Of a DNA stretch of 64,000 nt, positions 1 to 11,907 are shown one piece after another. Under the pieces are notes generated by a model. The model was not told the origin of the DNA. It worked only from the letters and a program-made list of their open reading frames with translations, and did not search any database. Within the stretch, counting starts at the first letter, position 1. Each line of letters opens with the position of its first letter. The stretch lies in assembly GCA_964106915.2 (NCBI GenBank), contig OZ066917.1; one strand, written 5' to 3'. This DNA is from Podarcis gaigeae (Eukaryota). The translations under genes and the position numbers were made by a program.

Positions 1-33
1 AATGAATTAAGTACTTAACCTGAGGTACCACTG
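1..33 (+). mobile_element. 3' end of a Tc1/mariner-type MITE cut by the window edge (same family as 22547-22788)
   Basis: GAATTAAGTACTTAACCTGAGGTACCACTG followed by TA nearly matches the right end of the 22547-22788 element. Confidence 0.85.
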
Positions 34-1831
34 TATATTCAATCGACTATGCTTTAGAATCTTCTTTTGCTGATTTTGGTGTTAGGTGCACGAGGATCTG
101 AAAAGCAGCATTCTCAGCAGGTACTGGACTGGACTGTGGTAAAGTCTTTTAGTGTATTGCTGGTACAGTGGGAAAGTGCAGGCACAATGCAGTGGCAGGA
201 AGTTTGGTTTCTTAAGCAACAGGGACACATTCTCTCTTTCTTCCCCCTTTACTTTGACCTCCTGTTGCAAATCTGATTGGCTATCTATCTGTGACATCAA
301 AATCACTGTGACTATGTGATCTCTAGTTGCACTGGAATTTCGTAATAACCATGCAAACTTGCCTTCTTGGAAATAAGATCCTTTGAGTTCATTGAAGCTT
401 ACTTCCATGTAAATATGTATAGGATTGCAATCTAAAGAATTCATTTCAGAAAAAAGTGGGAGGGGGGACCCAAATGCAGGCAGGAGAGATGACAAGGTTG
501 AGGGGAGGGTTGGGAGGTGGGGAAGAGATTGCTTTATCCTTCCACATCCAAAATCCTGCTTTTTCATTGAAAATAAAAGTGTACAAAAATCCATTGCATC
601 ACTAATGCTGTATGGTAAACCCCAGATGTCTAAATTTCTATGGACAATATTATTGTAATATCTGCCCATCCAGCCTAAAAAAATCACTCAATGGGCAATT
701 TTCAGTGAAAGACTCTTTAGCAATTAACATCTAATCTGACAGCATAAGTGTGTGTTGGAGGAGGGGTCCACAAAACACAGGCTTTTGTGGCTCTTGAAAT
801 TGGGAAGACATGTTGGCACAACTTTAATAATGGATCAGTTAACTAAATGGCATCATCACCAATATAAATATGAGTTGCTTTACAGACATTGCCAAGAACC
901 CATCACATTCTTGAAAAGCTCTACTGCTTTAACATGTGCATATCAACCAAACTATTTGAAATTTTGTTACTTTTGGCAAGGGCATGGCCAGACCATCAGC
1001 TTGCTGTCAAAACTGATCATGCAGCTTTTTATTTTATTAAATGTAAAATTATATGATAGCATGTCCAATATTCTTTTTTTCTTATATAAAAAAACAGACT
1101 ATTATAGTGTACTGCCAGAGAACTGGAGAGAATTCTTTCCATATTTGTTGTTACACAAATGAATTACTGATCTCTCAAAGCTGGATATGAATGTTTTATT
1201 GATTTTATTTTTTTACAGGTGTCCTCAAGCTTGCTGGCTGTAGTGACACATATGAAGAGCCTGTTCTTACCAGGACATATGGTCACTAGTAAATCCAAGG
1301 ACGCAGTGTTCTTGTGGATCTGCAGGAATTCATCATTACTGGTGTCATACATCTTATTGCTCCAGGGAAAGTAGTCACCATTCTTGCTGAAGGACGTTTC
1401 CTTGTTCTTAATTTAACATATGCTGTCCAGAGAAGGGGGGAAAGTGTCCTTGAAATATTACGTTCTGTTTTGGTTGGCTGTTACTCACTTTCTTAAGCTT
1501 AGTTTTTTCTGGGTGGTTTGTAAGAGAAGGAATTGAATACTCAGAAAAGTGAAAACTTGGCACCAAACCTATGACTTATTTAATGTATACCACAGTTGCT
1601 GAAAATGCAGCATGATAACACCAAATGCCCCAATTCCACCAAGTTCAAAAAAATTAGCACACAGGATGTGAAATGTTGTTTAAGACTGCTGTTGAACTCT
1701 GACTACCATGAAACCTTGTTTATAGAAATCACAGCATGTGATTTCTACATTTACTGGAAACTTAATGGGCTTGTACAATTAAGTCAACTATGTTGGATCT
1801 CAAACTAATTAAAAATGCTCCATTATATATC

Positions 1832-1838
<7 letters not shown>

Positions 1839-1866
<28 letters not shown>
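1839..1866. repeat. (CA)n microsatellite
   Basis: Direct reading. Confidence 0.95.
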
Positions 1867-2802
1867 TGACTAGAATTCAGCTACTAAGCCATGTTCAGGG
1901 TAGACCCACTGAAATAATAACACACTCCCAGTACCAATAATCTTTCTTGGGAAAGTTTAAATATTTGTTTAAATATTTATTTAGCCACAAACCCACAATG
2001 TCCCCTTCAATATTCATGTTAAACTGGCTTCTGCAGTATAGGTGCAGGATCATCATGTATACATTCCTGAATGTGGAATGTTTTTCAACTCTGGCCCACA
2101 AAGAGTCAGATCCGCATGTTGATTTGCATTTACATAGCCATGCACATGGGAGACCAATTAATATTGGAAATTTGAACACAGAAACAATATCCAGCCATGC
2201 TACCTGTGAAAAAGCCTGGTTGAACCAGCATATCTTTAGGAGATACTGAAAAGGACATATTGTTGGTGCTACATAGTATATATATTTGCTGCGCCCCTCT
2301 CCCCTCACTTGTTCTCCTTCTTTCATATGCAACAATATCTCTTATGCATACTAGCAGAGCAATCTTAACTATAGAAGACATATTTTAGGGTGGTGTAATT
2401 TAAGCTGGTATAATTCATTCCAGTCTAAGTTCCCTCTATTACAAACTCTATTCATGAGCCCCTGGGAGGGGCTACTGCTGGCCCCAACATTTGAGGATTG
2501 GGCCCAAGTGAGCTGACCAGGGTTTGGAATAGATCTGAGTCCCTCCTTGCCCCACTATGCCCTGAGAATGCTCCTTTATGAAGACTTAATTTCCACTGGC
2601 TTGAGTTCTGGTGTCTGAGGCAGCAGAGCCCCAGCTAAGCCAGAATGATGGTTGCAGGACTCAAGCCAGCTAAATCCCAAGACCCACCAAATCAAAGCTC
2701 TCTCATCCCGGGAGATCTTGGGTTTGGATTGCACCATTAAACCCACAGTGTTCTATGGACATTACTCAGGTAAGTGTGCACTTCAGTTAATGAACTGGAG
2801 GA

Positions 2803-2949
2803 CAGTGGCGTAGCGTGAGGGGTGCAGGGGGGGCCGGCCGCACCGGGCGCAACATCTGGGGGTTAGGGTTAGGGGGCACAAATCCACGGGTTAGGGGGCA
2901 CAAATTACTTGCCTTGCCCCGGGTGCTGACAACCCACGCTACGCCACTG
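2803..2949 (+). mobile_element. hAT-type MITE, 147 bp, with internal TTAGGG motifs
   Basis: 15-bp TIRs CAGTGGCGTAGCGTG/CACGCTACGCCACTG; perfect 8-bp TSD CTGGAGGA at 2795-2802 and 2950-2957. Confidence 0.9.
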
Positions 2950-3684
2950 CTGGAGGAGCCTCAGTTTGTGTTTAATTCTGATATCTCACCCTGGGACCTT
3001 AAAGTGAAGGATGGGATGATGATGATGATGTCATTAGGAACCTTAAGTAGAAGGCTGTCATGTCCTCCTGTCAGTTGTTCTCCTGCCTGGTAAAATGCAC
3101 CTTTCCCTGTCAGCTGCCTGCCACACTGTGCCAGAGAATTCAGTAACAGGAGGCATCCTTGCTCATTGCAAAATTTTTGTTTCAGCCATTTCTCTCTGTT
3201 TTATTTTGGCGGGGGACGGGGAGGGTTAGTGTTTATGTTTTTAGAATATGAAACAGTTGGATGTGGAGAGAGCAGAGTAAATCTACATATCGCTGAGGAT
3301 GTTTAATGAGGCCAAGTGGTGGGAATATGAGAGAAGCACTGGCGATGTAGGTATCAGCCACACAAAATGACAAGGACTGGCTTTGCCAACACACTTCTCA
3401 GCTGCCAGCTACAGAATCACAGGGCTCTTTGGCTGATGTCCTAATAAACTGCAGGTGGGCAAGAGGCTAAGGTTGTGCCATTACAAATTCTCAGGGCTTA
3501 GATCAAAGGGCATAAGGAGAGCTGCAGGTGTGCAGAATTAATAGCTACATTTATCTTTCCAGTCATTTAATAATTGCTTCTAATGAGGTTTTCATGTAGC
3601 GTGCAACCTTATAGAATCCAGAAAGCAGTCATATGATGCATCATTGGTTGTCAGTATTCATTTATAAACTATGTTTTACACAAA

Positions 3685-3685
3685 T

Positions 3686-3740
<55 letters not shown>
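3685..3740. repeat. Compound (TG)n(AG)n microsatellite
   Basis: Direct reading. Confidence 0.95.
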
Positions 3741-3745
<5 letters not shown>

Positions 3746-4104
3746 ATTTTGGAATCTGCCCTTCCTCTAAAGAGCTCAGGTAACAACCAAAGTATTAATC
3801 CATTTTGTTCTCTGAACAAGTAGGTAGGATAGGGTAAGAGGCAGTCTCTCACCTGAGGTAACTTCATGGCTGAGCATATATCTCCACTGCCCAGGAAAAA
3901 AGACAGGTATATTCAGTAGTGGCTGGCTCATCTGGTTTCCTATGATGAAGTTGCAGCAGCAGAGCCAATCCAAAGCTTTGATACTGTGCTTGCACTGTGC
4001 TGATATTGCCAATATTCATCTCTCTCCCTGTAACGACCACCCATGATCTCCCATGATGACCACCACCAGGGAAAGCCTATCTAGGAGATAACTGCAAATA
4101 GGCA

Positions 4105-4212
4105 ATGTGATGCGATGCGATGCGTTGCGATGCGACGTGACATGACGTGATGTGATGTGATGTGATGCGACACAATACAATACAGTACAATACAATACAA
4201 TACAATACAATA
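4105..4212. repeat. Compound pentanucleotide repeat (GATGC/GATGT units, then ACAAT units)
   Basis: Direct reading; it abuts the TA target site of the MITE at 4213. Confidence 0.9.
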
Positions 4213-4464
4213 CAGTAGTAACTTGGTTTATGAACTTAATCTGTTCTGGAAGTTTGTTCTTAAACCAAAGTGTTCTTAAACCAAGGCGTGCTTTCCCATA
4301 GCAGCAGGGGACTCAATTTACAAATGGAACACACTCAATAGGAAGTGAAACATGTTCTTATTCCAAGGCAAAGTTTACAAACCAAAACACCTACCTCCGG
4401 TTTTGCAGTGTTCTTAATCCAAGTTGTTCATAAACTAAGCTGTTCTTAAACCAAGGTACCACTG
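4213..4464. mobile_element. Tc1/mariner-type MITE related to the CAGTGGTACC-TIR family
   Basis: TA|CAGTAGTAACTTGGTTT ... AAACCAAGGTACCACTG|TA; internal GTTCTTAAACCAA repeats. Confidence 0.85.
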
Positions 4465-4639
4465 TACAATGCTGGAACATCAGGATTCTAGAATGTGCAG
4501 GGAACCCCCATGAGTAAGTATTGAAGTATTCCTGCTTGAAGATTGACCTTTACAATTTGGAGGGTGATGGAAACAGATGAGCAGTGTGATGGATGTAATG
4601 CACGTATCTCCACTACCTTAACTTTACTTCACTGTTCTT

Positions 4640-4723
4640 CATAAGAACCACCTGCTGGATCAGGCCAATGGCCCATCTAGTCCAGCATGCTGTTCTCACA
4701 GTGACCAAACAGATACCTGTGGG
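4640..4723 (-). mobile_element. CR1-type 3'-end remnant, host of the hAT MITE at 4724
   Basis: CTGCTGGATCAGGCCAATGGCCCATCTAGTCCAGCAT is close to the reverse complement of the CR1 tail at 27950-28000. Confidence 0.6.
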
Positions 4724-4862
4724 TAGTGGCGTAGCGTGGGTTGTCAGCACCCAGGGCAAGGCAAGTAATTTGCCCCCCCAACCCGTGGATTTGCGCACCC
4801 TAACCCCCAGATGTTGCACCTGGTGCGGCCGGCCCCCCTGCACCCCCCACGCTACGCCACTG
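4724..4862 (-). mobile_element. hAT-type MITE, second copy of the 2803 family in opposite orientation
   Basis: TIRs TAGTGGCGTAGCGTG/CACGCTACGCCACTG; perfect 8-bp TSD CCTGTGGG at 4716-4723 and 4863-4870. Confidence 0.9.
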
Positions 4863-6298
4863 CCTGTGGGATCTTAAACTTATTTGCAATACTTGAAGTA
4901 GACTGCAGTAGACATCTGATCTGATCACTATTTTTTGCCATTCCATTGGGCCTTGATGCAGTGAGACTTTCCTCTTCTATTCCCAATCCGCCTCCAATCT
5001 AAAAATAAAGAGAAGTACGGTGAACATGCCAATAATGTTTGTAGTATACGGAACACCAGGAGAGGAATTTTAATGATGAAACTACAAGGGCCTTGCAAAT
5101 GGTTGCAGTCGACTTGTTGCACAAGTAGACAGAGTGAATCATTTTACCACTGAGTCAAGTAAACAATTTTTAGTGAAGTCTCACAACTGGGCTAGCTTGC
5201 ACCTGTTAAGACGGGAAGAAGAGAAGCATGCTGTCTTTTGCCAAATCTGTTCTGAAGGAACATGCTATTTGGCCGGCAGAAGACAGGTCAGCACTGGCTC
5301 TTTCTCCCCAGTGTCACTTAAAATAACGAAAGTTCCTTTCTAAGGGAGGAGGAAACATAACCTGCCACTTTCATTACTTTTATTTGCCAAGCAGCTGTGT
5401 TTACCAAAAAAAAAAAAAAAAAAAAAACCACCCTAAAACAAAACAAAAAAATCCAAACCCCATGTTATGAATTTTAGTTTTGTTTAGAAGAACTTTGAGA
5501 AGAAAACTGGTGTAGAACTTAAGGAAGAACTTAAGGAATCTCAACAGTGTATTCATGTTTGTTTTGTTTCCTCTTATTAATAGCTAGTTTTAATTTATCT
5601 CCCCCCCAAATAATGTGCTACAATTATTTCCTAGCGACTGAAGTAACGGCAGCAAAAAGAGAAGAGCTAATTAAACCCAGATTCTGGCTGATGGATCTAG
5701 CCAACAAGCCACTCATGATTGCAACAGATGTTTCTGCTTCTTGGGCCAAAGGAAACTTTATAAGGTTTTTCCTCCCTTTTGGGGACATATGCCAGAACAG
5801 TCAGGAGATGGGAAGTTTATAATTCTGTACAAAAGAGTACATAATACAAGAGGAACAAGGAAGCTGGTGTGTGTGGGGGGGGCAAATTCTGTTGTAGTTA
5901 TACAGACACAAGTCACTCCACCCTGACTAGGAGTTATTTATACATTTCAGAAAATTAAGAATTGCAGTTAACTTTGCTCACCGACAATTGTAAAGCCAGA
6001 ACTTTACTATTTCATTTTTATTTATTATCTCACTGGTAGGTGAAATAAACGCTAACTCATATCCATAATTTTAATTTAGATTTCATGTAAAATGTTTAGA
6101 GGATTTTTACAATTAAGCAGTATACAAATTCTGTTAAATAAACAAAATAGGTCATCTCTCAGAGAGCTCAGCTAATGCCTAAATATTGAATTGAACTCAT
6201 GTCTCTGAGATTTTAATTTAGGTTTACAATTAATGCCGCAGACAGAGCAATCATATGTATGTCTATTCAGAAGTCCCACTGAGTTGAATGAGACTTAT

Positions 6299-7488
6299 TG
6301 TGGTTCGAGGACCCGACCCCCGCGAAGTAAAATGAAGACACAGGGACACACGATATAAGGTTAATGGGCTAGAAAAGGCCACAACTTTATTGATTACAGC
6401 AATGAAAAGGTATTGGCTTAGGCATTGGATCGCGAAACAAGTGGGTTTATTCACCAGGGGTTCATCACCTGTTGATGCTAATCCAACTATAGGCTCACCC
6501 CTGATGTCACCGAGGGTCATGCCATGGCCTCCCGCCAAGCAGGCTTCGGACAGAATACACGACCGCCAGATTCCTTTAGCAGAATACCCCTAGAGATTGA
6601 AGGCATAGGCGATGGCCACACCTAGCACTTCGACACACCACAACACATTATTCCAATGCCTAACCGCCACCCGAGCTAAAGGCTCGCCGCCAATACCTTC
6701 AAAGCTGCAACCAATCCCAGATGCTTTTGCTGACACTAGCTAACCAAATGTCGTTCCCCAGATCCGATAAGTGGACACCGTCATTCCGGTATAAAGCTTC
6801 GTCGCTGATCCGGATACGGTCATGATAAATGACTCGGCCATACATAAAGTGCACCCAACGGGCTACCGCCCGATTTACGAGTTTCCTGGTTCTTTCAATG
6901 GCCATACAGCTTTGCGCACCGCACCAAACAGTTCATTTCAAGAAGGAGGACCAGAACACCGTTTTTCTGGGACACAAGGCTGCAAATGCATTCAAGTCTC
7001 TTTTTATGCTCCACAACAAGTCCACACTCCTTCTGTTAGCGAGGTGATTCTCCCCCAAATGAATTACAAGGATGTCGGGAGGGCCGAACTTGGCTACTTT
7101 CTCCCACAGCAATGGCATAAGCTCCTCCCAATGCATGCCTCTTCTCGAAAACCAGGAAACTCGAACACCATGTGGAAGGCCAAGATTGTGTGCAAGGCCG
7201 CAGCTCACCGCTCGTATGCGGGCCCAATGAACTATACTGTGGCCGCAAATCCACACGCTTCTCGACTCGCACAGGATGACAAAGAGAAATGAGGCCGGGG
7301 AAAGGCTGGCACTGCAGCATAAAGGTTGCTGGACACGCCCCCCCCATGGCACCTGGTTGGACGGCCACCGGGGGGGGGCGTGAGTGCCAGCCAGGTGAGC
7401 TGGAGGCAGGGGGCAACGCCCCCTGCTAGGAGCAGTGTTCAGGCTCCCGCCCACAACCACTCCCCTCTCTTTCAGGGAGGAGAGTCTT
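6299..7488 (-). mobile_element. Short non-autonomous DIRS/Ngaro-like (tyrosine-recombinase class) retroelement carrying only an SGNH hydrolase ORF
   Basis: CpG-rich block in AT-rich DNA; SGNH ORF; minus-strand AATAAA at about 6386-6391; it splits a small host repeat (CAGAAGTCCCACTGAGTTGAATGAGACTTA | TCCCAGGAGACTGTGCATAGAATT) with no TSD, only T microhomology. Confidence 0.7.
6699..7270 (-). pseudogene. SGNH/GDSL hydrolase ORF of the DIRS/Ngaro-like element, broken by one in-frame TGA (6933-6935)
   Basis: ORFs 6933..7529 and 6699..6905 are in the same frame, joined by K*TVWCGAQSC. Motifs: block I VWICGHSIV, block II RRG, block III IHLGENHL, block V YRNDGVHLS. The TGA is compatible with CGA deamination. 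Confidence 0.85.
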
Positions 7489-8312
7489 TCCCAGGAGACT
7501 GTGCATAGAATTGGAGGCCTGGCTATCACAGTGGAAAGTTAAGGGAAAATGTAAATGTTCATGAAAAAAATGTTCCCTTCTCTGCCAACCCTGAAAAGAC
7601 AAAAGTTGCAATTTTGTGAAAATTCAGTGAAATCGTTTCACTATGAAGACCCAAATAGTTCCTTTAAAAATCTGCTTAATTTCTATACTAAATTACAATG
7701 TCTCCAGTCTTCATAGTTTGCAAAGTACTGAATTCAATGGTCCTACAGGTTAAGAAACAATGATTTTCTCCATGGCTCCATAGCATACCTTTGGAAAAAT
7801 AATAATACATTTTTGCACTAAAAGTATCTGAATAAAACAGAAATGAAGAATAGGAACAAAGTGAAATACTTCAGAGGTGCAAGAAAGTAATAATAGTCCT
7901 ATTAGATAATGAAAGAAGCAACAATAGATGGCTTGTATTGACTTCAAATTGTAAGGAGATTAAAAACAAAAACAGAACAAAAATATAATAGCATTTTATA
8001 TTACTTTAAAACTCTTGCAAAATACCTCAGGTTTATTATTTCAGCAAAAAAACATAGGTGTAACATAGGTTATTTCTATGGATTTCAGTGCAATGTGACC
8101 AGATTCACATCTCCTGGACTAATATGCAGATCAAATATAATAATGCTTTGGATTTTACACTTCTCTGAACTTTATGATATAATTTCTCAGCTCAAAAAAT
8201 TACCAAAATAGATTTGAAAATGCATATTTTAGAATGACATAATTTAGAAATGCATGCATTGACATAAATACATATCTAAATAGGATATTTTATATAAGAT
8301 ACATATTTTAAT

Positions 8313-8720
8313 TAGAGATGGGAGAATCTGTCAATTCTGGTTCTCATTTTTCTAATCTTAAATTCAGTTCTCCAGATTTTCATATCAGTTTGCGAATTCT
8401 TTTCTTTTAAATTCCTCATGAGAATTTGCTAGCATTTTATTTTTATTTTTTTTAAAAAAACTAATGTATGCATTTTAATGCACACTTTTCCTAGTTTTTG
8501 CATTTTGGGGTATGTGCCACCACAGATGATGGAGCGGCCTGCCCCCATTGCCCCCCTTCCTATTACCCTGGAATAGGAAATAGGGAATATTGGAAAACTG
8601 CATTTCAAAATTCAGTAAATTGAGAATTTCAAAGGATGACTATGTTTTGGTTAGCATATTGTTTCAGTAAGCATGAACTAAGTAGATTCATGTACAGAAT
8701 CAATTTTCTCTTCTTTTCCT
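8313..8720 (+). repeat. Old unclassified interspersed repeat; related minus-strand copies at about 16100-16430 and 63180-63492
   Basis: AGAGATGGGAGAATCTGTCAATT...TTCTCATTTTTCTAATCTTAAATTCAGTTCTCC resembles the reverse complement of 63430-63492 and 16380-16430. Confidence 0.55.
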
Positions 8721-9705
8721 ACTGTTCATTTTTTATTTTTTAGAAAAGTAGATTCACTCGAGAAAAGGATGGGATGGATTTCTAACAGTCCATAACTAGA
8801 CTAATCCATACTAAAGTATGGATTATTAGCATCATGTTGAGAGTGAGAGAAAAGGGCTTGCCCAAAAGCCAGCAAGGGAATTCATTGCAAAAGCAAGATT
8901 TGAATCTGCGCAGTGTTTTCATGCTTTGCCACTATGGAATATCAGCTCTTAAATGGCACAAATTGATTCTATCTAGCAATTTCTATCAGATGTATGTATT
9001 ATATATTTCACACAGAGGTCTTTTCAGGCTATTCTTTGCATTCTCTATCATTTATGGCGTAATATGAATGCACATTGACTTCCAAGTTGCTTCCATGCTT
9101 GTCCTTTTCATTAGCCCAGGTTTTCTTTTTGGAACACTGAATGATATATTTGACATATTGTTGCCATATTGTGTGTCCTGTGTCATTCTTTCATGTTGTC
9201 TCCACCCTGCTGCACCACTCCCATTCTGATTTGTGACTGTTTTACCTCAGTCAAGCTGAAGACTAAAGAGGATTTTAAAAGAATAAGAGGGAAAACCACA
9301 CACCAATCAAAGCCTGCTTATCAAAATCATCATCATTTTATTATTATTTCATGCATTTTAATTATCTTTTCATGAAAAGTGGATCAGTAACTTACAAAAT
9401 AATACAACCATCAAAACAAAGCATAAAAAGTATTGTCCTTTTTGTTATTGCAAGATAAGCTCATTTAACATTAAAAATTAATTTTTAAGAATGTATTTTC
9501 AATTTTGTATATATGATTTTATAATTGTAAGTTGCTTTTAGACAATTTTGTAGCACACAAGCCAGTGTAATTATTATTGTTGTTATTATTATTACCCAGA
9601 ACAAGATCAAAAACAAAAAAAAATCCATAATATTTGTTACTATGGTATGTATTTTTGTGTTTTTCTATCGTAAACAACCCTGTGATATTCGGAAATTTAA
9701 TAAGA

Positions 9706-9707
9706 GT

Positions 9708-9762
<55 letters not shown>
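9706..9762. repeat. Compound (TG)n(AG)n microsatellite
   Basis: Direct reading. Confidence 0.95.
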
Positions 9763-9767
<5 letters not shown>

Positions 9768-9799
9768 GGGTCTAACACCCCACTAAAAGATGAAGAAGA

Positions 9800-9811
9800 A
9801 ATAATAATAAT

Positions 9812-9861
<50 letters not shown>

Positions 9862-9945
9862 TTATTTGTATCCCGCCCATCTGGCTGGGTCTCCCCAGCC
9901 ACTCTGGGCAGCTTCCAACAAAGATTAAAAATACATTAAAATTAA
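9800..9945 (-). mobile_element. LINE (probably L2) 3' end with (AAT)n tail
   Basis: (AAT)n then TTTATTTGTATCCCGCCCATCTGGCTGGGTCTCCCCAGCCACTCTGGGCAGCTTCC; the same end occurs at 54040-54151 (+) and from 60300 (-). Confidence 0.7.
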
Positions 9946-10529
9946 AAGAAGCCACACATATTCTTAATAACCTTCAAGTTAAAGCCAAAAGCCTATGTAT
10001 GTGTGTGAATGTGCATATACTGTACACACACATACACAGAGTGCTAGTTTTACTTCTCATAAGAAAAACTCCTTTCCTATAAATGCATCCAGTTATTTCT
10101 GGAAACAAAGGAAGTCCATTGTTCCTATGGCTGGTGGTACTCCAATTCCTGTAGATGGAGAAAGGAGAAAAGATAGTTTAGGAAGCTGCTTGTTTCAACA
10201 TGTATAAAATAAATTGCCTATGGACTGAATTGTGACATTCTGCAATAATGCCTGAATAATTGAAGACTATTGTGTACTCCAAGTTCCATGCCTTAAAAAG
10301 TTGTTGTTGTTAGTTGTTCAATGCAATATGTTTGGTATTGTGTCTTTGAGAGCTATATGAAACAAATTACATTTATTTGAGTCAATCACAAATCTTGCTC
10401 TCATACAAAATGTATTTTTGTGTGTGTGTTAGCTTCTAAGCGAGGAACTATATTAAGGAAGACATGGTTATTGCCTAACATGGCAGCCCCATATTGGAGT
10501 CCACCCTCTCCACTGTAACATCCAGTTTG

Positions 10530-10706
10530 ATGTAGGAAGCTGACTTACAGTCAGACAAACTGCCCGTTTTAGCTCAGCATTGTCTACATTGACTTGCAGT
10601 GGCTCTCCAGCAAAGATCTTTCCCAAACATAGCTGGAGGATGCTGGGAATTGAACATGGAACCTTCTGCATTCAAAGAATGTGCTCTGCCACTGAACCAT
10701 AGCCCT
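10530..10706 (-). mobile_element. tRNA(Ala-like)-derived squamate SINE
   Basis: Minus strand reads GGGCTATGGTTCAGTGGCAGAGCAC...GGTTCCATGTTCAATTCCCAGC (degenerate A/B boxes); body resembles 59702-59895. Confidence 0.65.
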
Positions 10707-11449
10707 TTGCCAAACTGGGGATACCACCCAGCGTCTGGTTAGTTGTTGCGCTTAGATTTTGGAGGTTTCATCTTCTTCCTTCTTGTGAACAGGAATTCGT
10801 GAATTGCTGGCATCCATCTGCCTTGAGAAACAATGGTGTGTGCCTCTGGGGGGTGAAGCCAACCACTTGAGAATCACAGCTCCTTCTGTGAACACAGAGA
10901 CAGGTATCTTGTAACTGCTGCCTCCTGTGTTGTTTCTGCTGCATTAGCAGCACAGAAGTGACTCAAGCCTGGGCAGTGTGTATGGAGGTCCTGGGCTGCG
11001 CAGATGACAAGACCCTGCTTTTGGTCTTGCTGATGTGGTCCAAAGGAAAGTGGAGCAACACATTTGGCACCAGCTTGGCTGCAGGAGTTGCCAGGAGGAG
11101 GCATACAAGGTGGCATCCAGGGGAGCCAACATGAATAAAATATTGGGGAGGCCAGGTAAGCCCCACCCTGCATAACCGATCACATGTTGTCATGCATGCT
11201 CACCATTTGAATGTCAATAACCACCAACTTTTTGGAGGAATGGTCCCATCAAATATTATATTGAGACCTCTCAGCCCCTAGGAGTTGGCTCCTATGGTGA
11301 CATCCAACTAGTGAATATGCTATTGTTCATGTGGGTCTTCAATGTTGTCTATTCTTCTCTTCTCCTAGATAGTTGGGGTGGTATCCAGCAAAGTTGTCCT
11401 ATTAGCACAATAGATGAGTTTGGGAAACATGCAAATCTTAATATGCAAG

Positions 11450-11907
11450 TGTCAGATGCGGCTGGTGGTTGCTCATGAGTAACCAGGCATGACTCTGACC
11501 TGTCTTTTACAGGTTTATTAGTGCAAACTATTTACAGTGCAGGAAACACAAAGTTCATGTCCGTCTAGTCACTTGCAGAATCTGGGAGTGGTCTCTTCCG
11601 GCTTCTCCCCCAACATAAGAACTTAGACACACCAAATCTTCACCTACCCTCCTTGTGTTTCATCTCTCTGCACAGGCTGGGCGACAGACATGGCGTGCCT
11701 GTCTCCTGGCCAGTCGGGCTAGGTGAGGTGCTTGGGCTCTCAGTAGCATCTTCAAGACCTCCCCTCGCTTGGCTACCCCCTTCCTCCTTTGTTCCACTGG
11801 AGGTGTGGCTTTCTCCACCGCTTGATGAGTTGCTGCTCCTCAGCAGCGTCAGAAGCTCTCTGTATTCACTTAACTCCCTCCCCTGCTCCGATGGCAGTTC
11901 CCTAACA
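11450..11907 (-). mobile_element. Solo LTR (458 bp, Gypsy-like) with an embedded reading frame
   Basis: Minus strand TGTTAGG...TCTGACA; flanks CAAG/TAAG (4-bp TSD with one mismatch); AATAAA at 11514-11519 (-). Confidence 0.75.
11565..11906 (-). pseudogene. LTR-embedded frame: S/E/G-rich tract plus basic motif, one internal TGA at 11640-11642
   Basis: VRELPSEQGRE...ATESPSTSPSPTGQETGTPCLSPSLCREMKHKEGR*RFGVSKFLCWGRSRKRPLPDSASD*; open from LTR base 2. Confidence 0.6.

Noticed and set aside
82-687. 201-aa minus-strand ORF
   Set aside because: Non-ATG start, no recognisable domain and no convincing splice boundaries; likely a chance ORF
1895-2335. 146-aa minus-strand ORF
   Set aside because: No recognisable family; includes a 12-bp tandem duplication (LNKYLNKY) typical of non-coding DNA
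6822-7292. 156-aa plus-strand ORF
   Set aside because: Antisense shadow of the SGNH hydrolase ORF
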